A DNA stretch of 64,000 nt from Octopus sinensis (lineage: Eukaryota). The stretch lies in the NCBI RefSeq assembly GCF_006345805.1, contig NW_021836126.1, positions 310,001 to 374,000 of the forward strand, written 5' to 3'. The notes beneath the pieces are model-generated. The model was given only the letters and a program-made list of their open reading frames with translations. It made no database searches and was not told where the DNA came from. Shown in pieces: positions 47,510 through 61,479 of the stretch (positions within the stretch are counted from its first letter, which is position 1; each line of letters opens with the position of its first letter). Made by a program: the position numbers and the translations under genes.

Positions 47510-48326
47510 TTGATTATCCGCAGTTTCGGGAGGGCCACCAGAACTTGCTATTTCTCCTTATTCCCACAACTCAGGACATATTGCGATAGTTGGGACGGGG
47601 GTGGCAGATGTGACCGATTCAAATTCAGAATCACGGCGTTTTTGAGTAGAAAGTGTCGATACGACTTCCTCCCGACCGTGGCAGAGGTCAGAATAACCTG
47701 GTGGGGGTCTCTGAAATACGTGTTCTTCACTTCTATGATCTTCCTTCTCCTGTGTGGGAGTGCCAGACAAAGATCGGCTTCGTCGATTGCCCAAATCCTG
47801 AAGGATGGGTTGATTTGGATCTTTTGGGAGTGCAAATGGTGGAGTAGAGGCTTGTATGTCGAAATTATTATATTCGGCTTGTAGTTCGTCAGCAACGACC
47901 TTAAATAGGAGACGTGGACATATTCCTGAAATTCCACACTTGTGTCGTCGGAGAGGTTGACTGAGGTCACTTTTTCTGCATATTTGCACATTTTCTTGAG
48001 GAATTTGTGTGTTTGGTGAGATGTTTCCTTCGTAGGGCACAAAAAAATCCGGATTATGTCATCAGAGTGATACTTTGGCGCGATTTGGGTGGCAAACTGT
48101 GGAGAGGGTCGATTGGATGATGGGGAGGAGGAATGCGCCTGTCTTTCCTGAGCCAGTGCAGGCTCGAGCCACAATGTCCCTTCCTTCACCACAAAATGAA
48201 ATTATCTTTTCTTGGATTGGGGTTGGTTCGGCCCATCCGAGGTCTTCTATTCCCTGTCAATACAACAACCAATTTTGACACTTTTAATATTCGGAGATCA
48301 AGATTAAAATCTGAAAATTTAGGCAT
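47510..48326 (-). pseudogene. DDX56: DDX56/Dbp9 DEAD-box helicase, 5' half only
   Basis: DLRILK|GIEDLGWAEPTPIQEK..ARACTGSGKT, CPTKE, IDEADL, TSAT, LPPPSQLSQY. In-frame TAG at 47548, one dead donor, truncated. Confidence 0.82.
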
Positions 48327-48869
48327 GTGCTGTTATTATTGGCCTAGAGAATTAGGAATACAAAACACAACAAACACGCTGAAATATATTTTTATTTGAA
48401 ATTAACTAAATTTAATATTAACTTTAAACATGAATTTAAAAGTGGTTAAATTTGTTCAAAAATAAGAAAATTAATTGAACAATTCTGAAAATTTCCTATC
48501 TTGTTTTTTTGAGATATTATTTTTTTTGACACTGTGCAGAGGATTACAAATTAGTGTCGACGAGTTTATTTTATTTGTGATAATTAATTTGTTCAAAGTG
48601 TTTGTAAATAAAGTATTTGAATTATAGCGGGAAGTTATGAAGGAATCGAGTGGTGTACATTTCGACTGTTTCGAAGAACGGATAGCAATGTGCTGGAAAG
48701 TAACCCTCGCACTTTATATGATACAATTCACAATTCCCTTTCCAGAGTGTCGGATTGGCCTGTTTTTATTTATGCTTTTATTTCTCTAATTTCTGTTATT
48801 ACACAGTTAATTTCTCGACAATAAATTAATGTTTTTATATATGATCTCAACTAGAGGAGAATATCACAG

Positions 48870-49560
48870 GCAAATGCTAAGACAATCCAAAAAACAGTTT
48901 GTGTAAACATTTCCAATCACCCCAACAGAGCCCTCTCGAATACAGCCATATCCAATACAATGTGAATGTGAATGCGGCCAAAGTCTGATTCTGGATTATG
49001 CCGTGGATCCACGATGGTAGAACATGTCGTTCGGAAGTAAGGATTCCTTTGGGTAAACCTCGAAACTGCCAAAGAAATACAAAGAAATTTTTACTAGAAC
49101 GAATCAACGACAAGTCAACCCATTCTGTGCTATTCAAGTGCCTGAGTGTGCCTGCAGTGAATACCATCATCGTGAATCAAGTAAGAAGACAACTCCCCAA
49201 TTAGCAAAGCAATTCTATATTGTCGATTTTGTCTATTGAAACATTGGCAATGCAAAGAGATGGGCGTCCAAAGAACAGAAAAAGATCTGCTAGAAGAAAA
49301 TGAAAATAAACCGACAATTAAGAGTCTAGAAAATACGGACGTAAATTTGAATCTGGAGGGTGACTAATACAGGGAAATAGCTTTCCTTTAACTGAGGAAT
49401 GCTGTATTTACGCTAGACCGAAATTGTTATTCGATCATTGTAAATCAACAAAGAGAACAGCTGACCATCTTACTACAAAATGTGGCAGAATACACACAAG
49501 TTATAATTTCACACGACACAATTAGGAAGACCAAGAAACACAACGCACTCAGGCACGACA
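48870..49560 (+). mobile_element. Shuffled R4-like C-terminal fragments
   Basis: ERINDKSTHSVLFK, PWIHDGR, ADHLTTKCGR..TRHN. Confidence 0.6.
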
Positions 49561-50133
49561 ATTAAAACTGAAAATAACAGAATATCTCTAAAAGACGAGA
49601 ATCAGCAACATTAGTTGAAACAGGGATAGTTCAATAATGAGATCCTGTCTTGATGGGACGGAATTGTCTCAAAATAGAAAATGATTAAGACACTTCCAGG
49701 AGGCTGTCGATGCCAGTTGTCTCGCAAAACTGTACTTTGACGTCTATTCTCAGTTGTGGTTTGTTGGGAAGGTATAGACTGAGGACATGCACTGAGTTGG
49801 ACTTGGTAATCGGGGAAAGCACGAGACTGTGTTTGTCGTTGGGGGAACATCAACTTAGAGTGTTCCCCCCTCCCCCACAATCGACCGGGCAATCAGGCCA
49901 TACCACTCCCTCCTCCTCCGACACAACATTCACGGATTCGCTACCCTTCTACGAGTACACTCCACAACCCTCTCCCTACAGGAAATGTCCGCACGGATGG
50001 GGGTTCGTCTCGACAAGGTTGGCCGACTGTCAGGTGGCAGGTCATGTCGATGGCCACCTATCTCCTCTACTGGGGTCTCGCAGCCCTCATCTTCCCCATC
50101 TGTGGCCATTCCATGTACAAAAAGTCGGGCAAA

Positions 50134-51300
50134 TTAAACAAATCGGAGCTCCACGTGATCCAGAATAGGTTCAATCGGAAGTTCCCGAAGTACTCGCTCA
50201 TATAAATTCTGAACAACAAGAATCTGCGTGCTCACGCCTGCATTGGGGGGACGTCCATCGGGGAGGACATTCGCAAGTTCGGGGAAGGTGTCCTGTGCTG
50301 ACCTGCCAGACTTTAAGCCACAAATATACGAGATATACCGGTCTCGAGAGTCAAGCGCTGCATGGAGAGTGGACATGACCAACACGGAATCAGTTTCCGC
50401 AGCAAACATGACCGTAGATAGGTGTGTCTGGGCACAAGGATTAGCCCCATTGTCCAACAGTAGAGTGACTGTCTCGGGATGCTCCCATGATCCATCAGGG
50501 CAGGCCGTCCACCCAACTCCACATTCGCCTCCAGTCCTATAAGTCGTTCTGCAATGTCTGAATGCCCGTGTTTGCATGGACAGAGCCGTCTTTAGGCCAC
50601 ACCCACAGACATCATTAATTCCACTGACCACATCTAAACACAGTCAGTCTGGGTGGACAACCAGGCATCTCCAACAGCACGTCGATGATCTGATCCGACC
50701 GGTACTTGACTGCCTCAATGAGAGCACTATAGCCATTGACAACACTGTGGAGAGTGTATTGCCTGTACTCCATCAATAATTTAAGCAACTCGACGTTCTT
50801 TTCACGAATACTGAGAATGATGGATTCTCATAGGCGTCCTCCTATCAATGGAAAGAGGGCATACGTGAATGGGTGTCCCCTTCTGCACTGCCCCACACTT
50901 GCAAACACACGGCGAGACTACAACTGACCACCCACTCTCCGACGACTTTTCCGGCTTGGGAGGCACTTTGGTGGAGGCTCCATATCGGAGGAGTAGTTGG
51001 ACGAGTGCTGTGTCGTTCTCCCTGACTGCATACATGGGGAGTAGTGCAAGTCGAATTCGTTCGGATCCGAGTCCTTGCCCAACAGTGATCTCGTAGCACT
51101 GGCCCGCAGCAATAAGAGCAGTGGCCCCCGAGACTGGAATATGCCTGAAGGAGTACCCAGAGACCGACCAGACGTAGTGAAGCCATACTCGACCAGCAAG
51201 TGGAGGATGGGGAACTGCTGGTTGTGGATTACCTCCACCACGAATGTTGGGTCAGTCTTGAGTTTGGAAATGGAGGGAGGTTGGTCGCCTTCCAGAATGT
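50134..51300 (-). pseudogene. Ankyrin-repeat protein, frameshifted, possible SOCS-box-like tail
   Basis: PMYAVRENDTALVQLLLRYGAST, KNVELLKLLMEY, SALIEAVK, VTLLLDNGANP, TVMFAAE. Confidence 0.65.
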
Positions 51301-52899
51301 TCTAAATCAATAAAAATGAGTACTTTGAAGAATGTGGTGTATTTACACAAGTCATTGCAGGCACTTTAATGACCAAGGAGGTGTAGGCACTTTAATGACC
51401 CATCTGAATACATTTTCCGTGACTTTTCTCAGACAGACTCCCCTTCGTGACAGTCGATGATAAATCTGGGGGGTATGTAGTGTTTATTACTCAAATCGAG
51501 GAGTGGAATGTGGTACTGTCCTTACTCACTCAACAAATATGTACTTCCCTCTGACTTGACCAACTTTTATCTCTTTTCTGGACAGTATCCTCAGTGCCGA
51601 CGGGGACAATTTATGTCAGTCCAATTGATAAATTGATGGAAATTCAAATTGAGGGGGAAACTACTCATTTAGGTGGAGGGACTGTGCACTGCCTATGCAC
51701 TCCACCACTGTCACGGAAATGGGAAAATATGTTTGCTGGTGGATAAGGGTACTCTGTGTTGTCCTTGTTTAGAAAAGGGAGAGAGTCGGGGATATTTTAT
51801 TTGATAGGACATTTCGGTGGCATTTCATGTCTGGTTCATTCATGGGGTACTATCGGGGGCTTCTCTCTCGTTTGGGTGTCCACAAGTGGTACTACCATTC
51901 ACGGACTACGGAATGCCACAACTCACCAAGGTATGTTCACCATTCCCCAGTTCTGGCTTAATTTGCTTACTAACATTCCCAGTCTACAGTTGTAATCAGC
52001 TCCCTTATTTTTCGAAATTAAACTTTTTTAATTAATATAGTTTATATGTTTTTTAGTTTTGTTAAATATATGTTTATTTTAAACAATAAAATGTCAGAAA
52101 GTGTTTGATTTTTGCCGCCTTTTAACCGTCAAAATATTTTGTTGTGTTTCTTTTGATGCTCCAAGAAAATTTGAACTGCAATAAAATAAAGCAGATTTGT
52201 GAAAAGTTGTTAAAGGATGGAGAAAAGTTGACTAAAGAAAGACAACAGACCTTGCTAGAATTGAACAACAAAGTTCGAATCGACTTTAATCAGCCATAGG
52301 ACATGGAAATAAACTGCTACGTCAAGCAAAACGAGCAATTGAAAGAGAGAATACAAGGTTATTCTCACTTGAAGCATCTTCCCAGGCCAGATATGAATCC
52401 TTAGAAACAAAAATGTCAATAAACACTGAGCAATTTGAAAGAATGGAGGATAGGTCGGGTCGAGTGATAATTCCCAGAGTCTACAAAGCCCGGGACATGT
52501 GCAGTCTACTAGCCCAGCACGTCCACACATCCAGTAGACATTCCTGTTCAGTCGAGGACCACAAAGAACGGTCTCGACTTGACCTACAAGCTGTGAAAAT
52601 GCACAACTCGACTTTCGTTTGGAGGGTCTGACTGTCCAACACGCCGATTCGCTTAATTTAATCAGCAGTTTGGAGTGCTCTCTTCGCAGCCACCAAAAAA
52701 CAATCGAAACCACACAAATCGGCATTTCTGGTTGTCGAAATGTATTCACTGAGTGGTAGAACATGTCCTTCCTTTCCTGAGCAATGTTGGGAGTGTTGGG
52801 TTGGCAGACTCGTTTGATTGTCAACAACGTCTAATACATTCCAATATTGTCTGATTATTTTGTAGACTTCCGTTCAACGAAAGTCACGGAAATTAATAA

Positions 52900-53355
52900 T
52901 TGCTGTCCTTTCCTTGTTATCTCTCTGTTTTGGTCATTCGCTCAGGAAGATCCGGGACATCAAAGTGGCCGACGTTTGTTTGATGAGCCGAGAGTGGCAG
53001 TGGCTGATGGGGGATGAAAATGATGGGGTGCCGGAAAGACAGGCGGGACAGACCCAAGATGGAATACGTTCCGAAGTGCGGCGGGAAAGGGAGACACAAA
53101 AAAGATGAAAGAACAGATAACACGATTTTGTTAACCATGTGCAGATTGAGCAGGAAGAAACGGGATTAAGAGTGGGATGAGAGACCACCATATGGAGGAA
53201 TGAGAACAGAACGAATAATGGATAGAAAAAAATAGACAGAGAAAGATTAGATGGATAGGAAAAGATTAGATAGATCAGAAATATTAGATAGAAACAACAG
53301 ATAATTGAATTGCAAATAAACAGAAAAAGTGGACCACAACAACAACGTGCAAAGT
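52900..53355 (-). mobile_element. 5' end of a third PHD-CRE element
   Basis: A 30-nt terminal motif 29/30 identical to that of the 15639 element, pyrimidine-rich UTR, CSIC..FFHL.C..WVCPAC; truncated. Confidence 0.75.
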
Positions 53356-54316
53356 GCGTTTACACTAATTTTAAGAATTGATTTTTGTTTGTTTCCTTAT
53401 TATTAATAAGCACACCGCAAAATAACGTTAGTAAAGTTATCTCGCTTGTGCCACTCTCTCCTGGATGCGTTTTGTTAATCGCTTCAAGTCCCTCTGTTCC
53501 TCGATAGTTCTCTCAAGATCGTCTGCTGATTTCAGCCCTCTGTTCTAAACAAGCCGTAAGAGCTTTCAGAGATTTGCTAGTTGTTGACAACATTGAGAAA
53601 TCGACCAATTTTTACAAGGTAAAGTTGGATGAATTAACATGACAGAGTATAATTGAACGATACATTGATTTTTTATTTCATGAGACCACATTTGATAACT
53701 ACGAATCAGTTTCCGGGTCTATTTCTGAGTTGGGGGACACAAGTCTATCCCAATCCACGTATTTATGCTTTTATTACAGGTTTTTAGTCCCCTTTATTTA
53801 AATCGGGAAGAGGAACTTTGCTATTTGATAAGCGTCTATCAAAAATTAATGAAACCATTACTGGTGAACATATTTTTGTCTAAATTTACAGCTTGCCGAT
53901 TCCCAGATTGAAATATCCCCCAAAACTGTCAAATTGGTGAATTATTATTGTCTACTGTTCGGGCAGTTATTGTCTCCCTGTAGACTCAATTCAGTTTTTT
54001 GTTCTCAGTTTATTTCAGGCATTGTGGGACATTCTTAAATACTGTCTCGGGGATTTTTATCCCTTACGGCAATTTGCATTTACACTGGCCCAAGAAAAAA
54101 AAGTAAACATTTATTTTTTATTGATTAGTACAAACAATGTTATCATTTTCTCAAAGTTTGTAATTTTCTTGTCCCGGAGACATCGATACTCTTACACACA
54201 TTATTTGTATACATTTTGACCCACATTGTCCATTGGTAAATAATTTCAATACATAAATATAGCCGATTGACCAAAAACTTGAGGATTATACTAAACAACT
54301 ATTAGATCTGTGAGCT

Positions 54317-54717
54317 GTAAAAAGCGCATATTATCCAGAAATATTTCAAACTGATCTCCTGAAAAAATGAGATCGATTGATTTCACACACGTGGAGAACT
54401 GAGTGGGGATCTTTATAATTACGCAAATCTTGCTGAAAATTTTAAAACGCCAGAATAGAGTATATAAAAAGGTTTTAGACGAGCGGTAAAAAGCGCATTT
54501 TATCCAGAAATATTTCAAACTGATCTCCTGAAAAAATGAGATCGATTGATATCACACACGTGGAGAACTGAGTAGGGATCTTTATAATTACGCAAATCTT
54601 GCTGAAAATTTTAAAACGCCAGAATAAAGTATATAAAAAGGTTTTAGACGAGCGGTAAAAAGCGCATTTTATCCAGAAATATTTCAAACTGATCTCCTGA
54701 AAAAATGAGATCGATTG
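54317..54717. repeat. 169-bp tandem repeat, about 2.4 copies
   Basis: aagcgcat restarts at 54322, 54491 and 54660. Confidence 0.92.
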
Positions 54718-55035
54718 TTGGAGTTGTTTTATCGGGTATTAAAGTCAATGCCCAGGACGACCAATTCATTGGAAGGTTGGCATAAGCTGCTGAACAGTTT
54801 TTTTAACAGAGCGCACCCAAATTTGGCAGCTTTTATCAATGTTTTGGCCAGGGAAGAACAAAGACTTTTCGTAAAAATGACACAAATTAAGCCAGGAAGG
54901 TATCTTGAAGTGTCTGCGACAGACTGCAAAAAGGAACTTGAACTGAGAATAGCATGTGAAAATTTTTATGAATTTGAAGTATATTGCTATTTTAAGCTAA
55001 TTGATGGTTTGATTTGCTTTAAAAGTTCAGAATAA
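54715..55035 (+). mobile_element. MULE transposase C-terminal fragment
   Basis: PRTTNSLEGWHKLLNSFFNRAHPNLAAFINVL. Confidence 0.8.
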
Positions 55036-56049
55036 AAAGTAATTGTTTTAAAATTTTATTTTATTTACCCTTAAAATATTTTTCTTCGTAGACGAGTTGT
55101 CGCCAAAAAAAATTAGGCGAGTTAAGCGAAAACTCGTCTATAGGCGAGTTTGGTTTTACTAATCTGTAGGTTTATTTGATTGATAAAAATATGAACATGA
55201 GACTTAGTATTCTCTATCCGGCTACTACTGGAAGGAATGTTAGGTTTATGTAGTTTTAATATTTTAGTGAGCTCTTACGAGTGATTGATTCTGTCATTAT
55301 GACTGATGTTCATGCCTTAGCCACCCCAGTTAATTGGAAGGTTGACAATTACTTTAGTATATTTGTAGCAAGGTGACGATTGTATTATATTTCTTCTCTG
55401 AGTGATGAAGAAGCCATAAACCGCTTTACTGCTATTAGAACAATAGTTCTGCCATCCGAGAAACAGTACTTGCGGTATACTGCATGGAAATAAAACATAT
55501 TGACTCTCTTCTTGGTTTAATGGGTTAGTTTTACTAATACTGTTATCCTTTGATTTATTTTGTGGGCTTATTTACTTAATTTATTATTAACACATATCGC
55601 TTTCCCCGCAACTTGTGCATTCCGCTTATGCCATTTTTTCAACATCCTCTCTAAGATTTTGTGGACATGTCGATAGAATATAAACGTATTCATAGACTAT
55701 TTCTACTCGTGGGGATAGTAGAATTGAATAATAACATAAACGTATTCATAGACTACAATGACAAATAAAGAAAAATAAAAACCTTCTATAATAGATAGAG
55801 AATTGGTTTCTTACAAGACTATAGGAAGACCACGTACAACTTCTTAAATGGGATGAGTGTTTGAGTATTTTTGTCTTTCGGAAAATTATTTAGAAATGAG
55901 TTTTATACAGGCTGAGGTGATTTAATAGTTTATTCCTACAAAACTTGAAAAGCTATGAGACGTGGTTCATTAAGGAGAGAAATACTCCAAATATCAGACA
56001 AAGTAGGATCATTTCAACTGTGTCTTAATCTTTTATAAAATAATGTAAA

Positions 56050-56810
56050 TCAAAATGGTGGGTAGAAAGGATAGTAAGGGTAGGCAGATCGTGGCGGATA
56101 TCGCCAAGGAGGAGGCCACATTCTCATAGTGGGGGGTTTTCTTCGATTGATCGATCTCTGTTTCCTTTGTTGGCGAATTCGTATAGCCTCCTCATTGGTG
56201 ACTCCCAGTTTAGACTCGAGTCGGGCACACTTCTCCTGTTCGTCGTCCGAGTAGTCCAAGTGCTAGAAATAAGACTAAATAGAACAACCTGGAAGTGGTT
56301 CAGTGTTCCCAATCCAAGAAGCGTCAGAACCACGTGTTCTAAAATAGACCTCCAAGAAGAGACTGTTTAAGGGAGTCGACATTGAAGACAAATTGAGTGA
56401 GTGTGGGGTCTTGGGGGACACAGAACACTTGTGTGTTGTTGAGAACTATTCCACGGGAAATCAGATCGAGAGCTTCCTCACACAGACCGACCACATAGGA
56501 GGGCTTTTCAACAAGGCCGAATATTTCTTTAACGTAGAGGAGTGTCTTTGTGGGGGAGAAGGACAGTGTCCTCTGCAAGTGGAGGGGTATCACTCGTCCC
56601 TTCCACGGTAGCGGAAATAGGGTTGATGGACAGACGGAGGAGTCCGACTGGGTGTGATTGAAGGGTGATGTTGGTGAGGTGGATTGAGGGGATGTTCCAG
56701 TCGTCCTCTTCGACAGGGGGAGAAGGATGAATGCATTGGTCATGTCTTCGTAGAGAATTTGTGAAGGCCACCCAATCTGTGCTGCTTTCCGAGTCGTACA
56801 ATTATTTAAT
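56050..56810 (-). pseudogene. NAF1: NAF1 H/ACA assembly factor, frameshifted
   Basis: PPVEE, PPLAEDTVL, KEIFGLVEKPSY, LKQ|TRGSDASW..EPLP, LDYSDDEQEK, Pro/Tyr-rich tail. Frameshifts near 56535 and 56270. Confidence 0.8.
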
Positions 56811-57539
56811 AATTTATTCAAATAATAAAATTTATATTCGAATTTGACTTGTCTGATGTCAAAAAATGTAATACTCACAGTGGAGGATAGTAAATTTAAG
56901 AATTAGGGAGATTGTGAGATCTGTGTACGCCACCAGAATTATTAAATTATCCTTAATTACTAATCAGAGTGATCATTAATTTCCTTGACAAAGACATATT
57001 CCTTAGTTTATGTCGTCAAATGGATTGTTGCGGATGTTCATTAAATAAATCCATATTACTTTGTTAAAATAATGTTTTGATGTAACTCAAGTTTAGTTTT
57101 AATAAAGCAATTGTAAAGATTACGATCGCTTGGGTTTCTTTCTATGCTTGACGTCAATTAAATACCGAGGTTGGAAGCGGACATTGTTTCCGACCATGTG
57201 CCGCATTGAATTACATTTTTTGCAATTATCAATATCAAAGTGAAGTAACGCTGAACATCTCAATCTAAATTTGTATAAATTAAATAAATTGAGATTTGAG
57301 AATGTAAAAGTTAATTGTAAAATTAACAAAATCAAGAGAAAGTTAGTTAGTTAATGCACGTTCTTAATAAAATCGATTGTAATTTTTTGAGTGCTATTTT
57401 GGCTAAGTAAGATTTTCCGACATGTAATATCTCCTGAGTCGCCAAGTATAGATCCAAGCTTTCTGGTGTTCCTCCACTTTTCTACGCGAGTTTTCCTATA
57501 TTAAAGAAACTCTTTTATTGATAAACAAATCATTTCAGA

Positions 57540-58224
57540 ACAGGTCAGAATTAAATTAAAAAATTGCAGCAGATTCCATTATTTAAAAAAGAAAAATCTA
57601 CCTTATTGTTCGTTATTTCTCCTCTTATTGCTAAAACAGAAGATCTAAATTTTGCACCATTTGAAATAAAAATTTCTGATTGTAAGATAATATTACTGGA
57701 ATTAAAGAGTAAGGAATTATGGGCTCAAAAGTTAATCCACCTAACCACCGAATTATAAGAATTAGAAAAGAACAAATATTCTTCAATAATTGAAGCAAGA
57801 ATTACATAAAAATAATTGTTAAGAAACACGAAATATAAAGACAAGATTTGTTAATATTTGATGTATGGAATAGCCTTCCTGAGTCATTTTATCGATTAAA
57901 AAAATTCTCATTTGGAATTATAACAAATCAACATATAATTGCGTAAAGTCATTATCAGAAATAAATTCAATAAAATCAAAATTGAGGAGTCAGCTAACTG
58001 ACGAAAGTTTTAATTCTTGTGTAAAATTAAAAATCCCGAGTTAATACCACTGTCAAACGAGATACAAGGACAGTCGTCGTATTAATTATTTTATACTTTC
58101 TATGTTTAAATTTTCTTTCATGTTTTTTTTACAAAATATTTTTAATATGGTGGCTCTTTAATTATGCTTAATTGCTGTTTAAGTAAAAAGTGGCTCTTTG
58201 CCACAAAAAAGTTGCTGACCCCTG
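57540..58224 (+). mobile_element. SPIN-like hAT 3' fragment with right TIR
   Basis: LLELKSKELW..VWNSLPESF, and the end gttgctgacccctg. Confidence 0.7.
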
Positions 58225-59159
58225 GCCATGACGGACGACACACAGTAACGCACGTCGTTCTTGATTGCAAAAACCTTACCGCTATAAGAAGATCGTGGAG
58301 GTCTGTCGGTTTTCTTATGGTGTGACCCTAAGATATCTATCGATTTTTTTCGTGCCGCATTCCTCCCAATTTCACAGAGGAATGGGATTAAATAAGTGCA
58401 TCGATCAAGAGAAAGATAATTGCTAAAAATCAAAAAACTTATCACCGTATTAATTCCAGAAATACCCCCAAACTTTTTGAAGGGGATCTCATTGATAGCC
58501 AAGTGAAGTGTCGTATTATAGGAAAAAGCTTACTTTGTCTGAAAATTGTTTCCAATTTGTAGTTCTTTCTTTATCCACCAGTTTTGTCATACCCTGTGTC
58601 AATGTTTGATTAAAGCGCTAATTACACTCTAATTTATTTATTTTTCAGCGCATTTCGCTCGCGATATTGCGTGGAAACTGCCTGTCTATTCGCTCGTCCT
58701 CTCAATCAAAGAATTAACATGGATGAATTAAAATTTAATTTATGACAATAATTGATTAATTTCAAATTTATAAACTTGTGACATTATCATTTTTTACATG
58801 GTCTAAGGATTGAGACTATACTGATAAAAAATCTTCTTGGAAGATTTTTTAATTAAAATAATGAAAAACGCTTCTTAAAATAAATTATTTTTCTTTTTCA
58901 TTAAATGCCAAACTATGTAGGTGACGCATGGGGATATCCCTTGCGATAGTACCTCTAACTCTTTCTGGATCGCGTAAAAAAGATCCAATGATAAGTTTGT
59001 TTTAATTTATTATATTCTTTAGAAAGACTTTTACAACAATTAACAGAAATCAGTGTTATGCTCGACTATATAATCTACCTTTGATATCCTTGAGATTCAA
59101 ATTCTAAAAAGCACTAAACCTCTTTTCAAACAGGGATCGTCCTTTTACTATGGTGATCA

Positions 59160-59850
59160 TCCCCGGAGATGCATATCTTGTGGTGAAATGGTAGGACATC
59201 TCCGAGCTCTGTCAGTCTCGATGAATACCCAAAACCTCAACATATTCGATGTTTGCAATTCAAATATGTCAATACTAATCTTAAGAGGTATCCCAAATCT
59301 TAACAAAGGAAAATAATTTATTTTGTTGGTCTAAAATCGTTATAATTAATTTTCCTTGTTTTTTTTGAACAAATAAAAGAAATGATTTTTTGAGACTAGC
59401 TTTAAATTTACTTCTGGATAAAAAACAGTTGTGTCTCCAGAAAAAATCTGATTGTGGGAAATTGTGGGAAATAATAGTTTTAAATAAAAATATTTTTTAT
59501 TTGTCAAAGTAACAATTCGCGAGCGAAGAATGAAACCGAGCGAAAATGTCATAACACTGACACCGCGCTATAAAAAATGATCCACGTTAAAATAATTATG
59601 AAAAGACAGCCTTACTTTGGATGAAGAGTTTCCTCTCGGGAAGAGAAACATTTATACGCGTCGAAAACCAATTGTCGAGGAAAATTTCTCTTATGAGAGG
59701 AGTTCCACAGGGATCTGTCATCAATCCACTTTTATTTAATTATAAGATGTGTGACATTCCCAAAGTGGATCATCCTAACATGGAGATGGTCATTTATGAA
59801 GATGATATTTTATTTATAGATCTTTCCATGAGCAAATCAATATCATGAAA
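59160..59850 (+). mobile_element. Degenerate APE-type LINE (I/Jockey-like) remnant
   Basis: A knuckle-like RCISCGEMVGH and the RT segment SFLSGR..GVPQGSVINPLLFN..YEDD. Confidence 0.65.
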
Positions 59851-60071
59851 AATAACTCTTGGTCATATTGATAAGATTGCAAGATGGTATAAAAAAAAGG
59901 AAACCTCCCCGAACGGAAATTGTCTGACGATTACTCTGCCGCCTGTGGTCTGTGAGAGCCTCAGTTTGGCTCGAAGCTGCCCAAGTCTCAATCTGTCCAG
60001 CGTCAATGGGACGAAATCTCTTGTTCACGGGAAATCAGATCGAGGGCTTAACGTCAATGGGACGAAATTGA

Positions 60072-61330
60072 TTGACAGAGGTGTCTCAGTTGATAGAGAA
60101 AGTGCCTCTCGTGGATGATTCACCCCCTCTAATTCTCCCCTCTCCTCCCTTGATAACTCTTACTTCCAATTGGCCACAATATGCATCGACATCAGTGATT
60201 GGAGACGTCCTTATTAAATGTGATGAGCCAGAAGAGGTCGTGGGGGATGTGTCTGCTTGGGGGAATGACGCGAATTTGGATTTTGACAGTAACTGGTCAT
60301 TTGGTCATGTCTAGAAGAGAGTGACGTTGAGAAGACAGTATTGGATAATGGGATGTCGATGATATTGACCTTCCAATTGAAGTTGGTGATTGTGTTCAAT
60401 CAATTAGTTGGAGCAGTCTATTTCACCAGTCGAGACGGGTAGTGTGGTGGACGAAGGTGTGTCCCCTGCCGCTGTGTGGGGAATAAACGCCAAGTCTGTG
60501 GTTGACTACATTCTTGCGGGGGCATTTGATTCAGCTATGATGGTCTCATTTGTCGTCATTTTGTAGGAATTACGCACACGTTATTCGGTGGTTGACTTTT
60601 CTCCATTTGAACCAATTTTCATTCGTATTTACGTTCAGTCGAGATCATTTTTATCCACGTTGCCATCAACCAGTTCTATTTTTTATATCCTCAGCTGAAT
60701 AAGTAAATGCTGTGGGTTACGTAGTGATGAAATCGGGAACAAGTCAGGGAAGAGTCTGTATTCAATGTCATTAAGTGACCTGAAGAAAAGTATTCCCGCA
60801 GCCTACGAGCAGACTACAAAAGGGAACTTTCAGAAAGCATTCTTGGACTTTCGATGGAGATTTACAGAAAGAAGATGCCAAAGGACACATTGGCTAGTCA
60901 AATTCGACAATGCGAACTAGCCCTTTATTTCTCGAATTGTTCTCTCCAACTTTCCCATCAAATACTGACTCTCCGCACTGCCTTAAATCTGTGTTATCGC
61001 CTCAGGAACTTCCAGACTGCTATCAACATTGGGAATCGTCTTTTGAAGCTGGGTCCACCTGCAGACGTTTCCTCTCAGGCTAGGAAAATATTGGCATCAT
61101 GCAGTAAGGAACCGCAAGATTTTAATCCAATGGACTATGATTACCTCAATCCATTTGAAGTGTGCAGCATCATACAAGCCAATCTATAAGGGTTCTCCAC
61201 TTGTGCGTGATATGTTGACACGTGCTGCATATTTACCGGAATTTGCTGGTCAGATTTGCCGAATCAGTCTTGTATTATATTTTGGGTGTTAATTGATGTA
61301 GGTCACTGAAATAGGCCGAGATGACTAGTT
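60072..61330 (+). pseudogene. COPA: Coatomer alpha C-terminal region, internally deleted and frameshifted
   Basis: [78 protein letters not shown]. Confidence 0.88.
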
Positions 61331-61479
61331 TTCACATTAGTAATTGAGTAGTCTAAACATTTATTCTTCAATAGGGACGATCGAGTTCCCCCTATCAGTG
61401 GTAACACTGTAGCCAATAAGAATTCTCCCATCTCGTGGAACTACTATATTCTTGTGTTATCTTAAAAAAACATAAAGCC

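Noticed and set aside
51400-52850. GC-richer stretches with intron-like segments and coiled-coil-like ORFs
   Set aside because: Probably further gene fragments, but I could not build a consistent frame or recognise a family.
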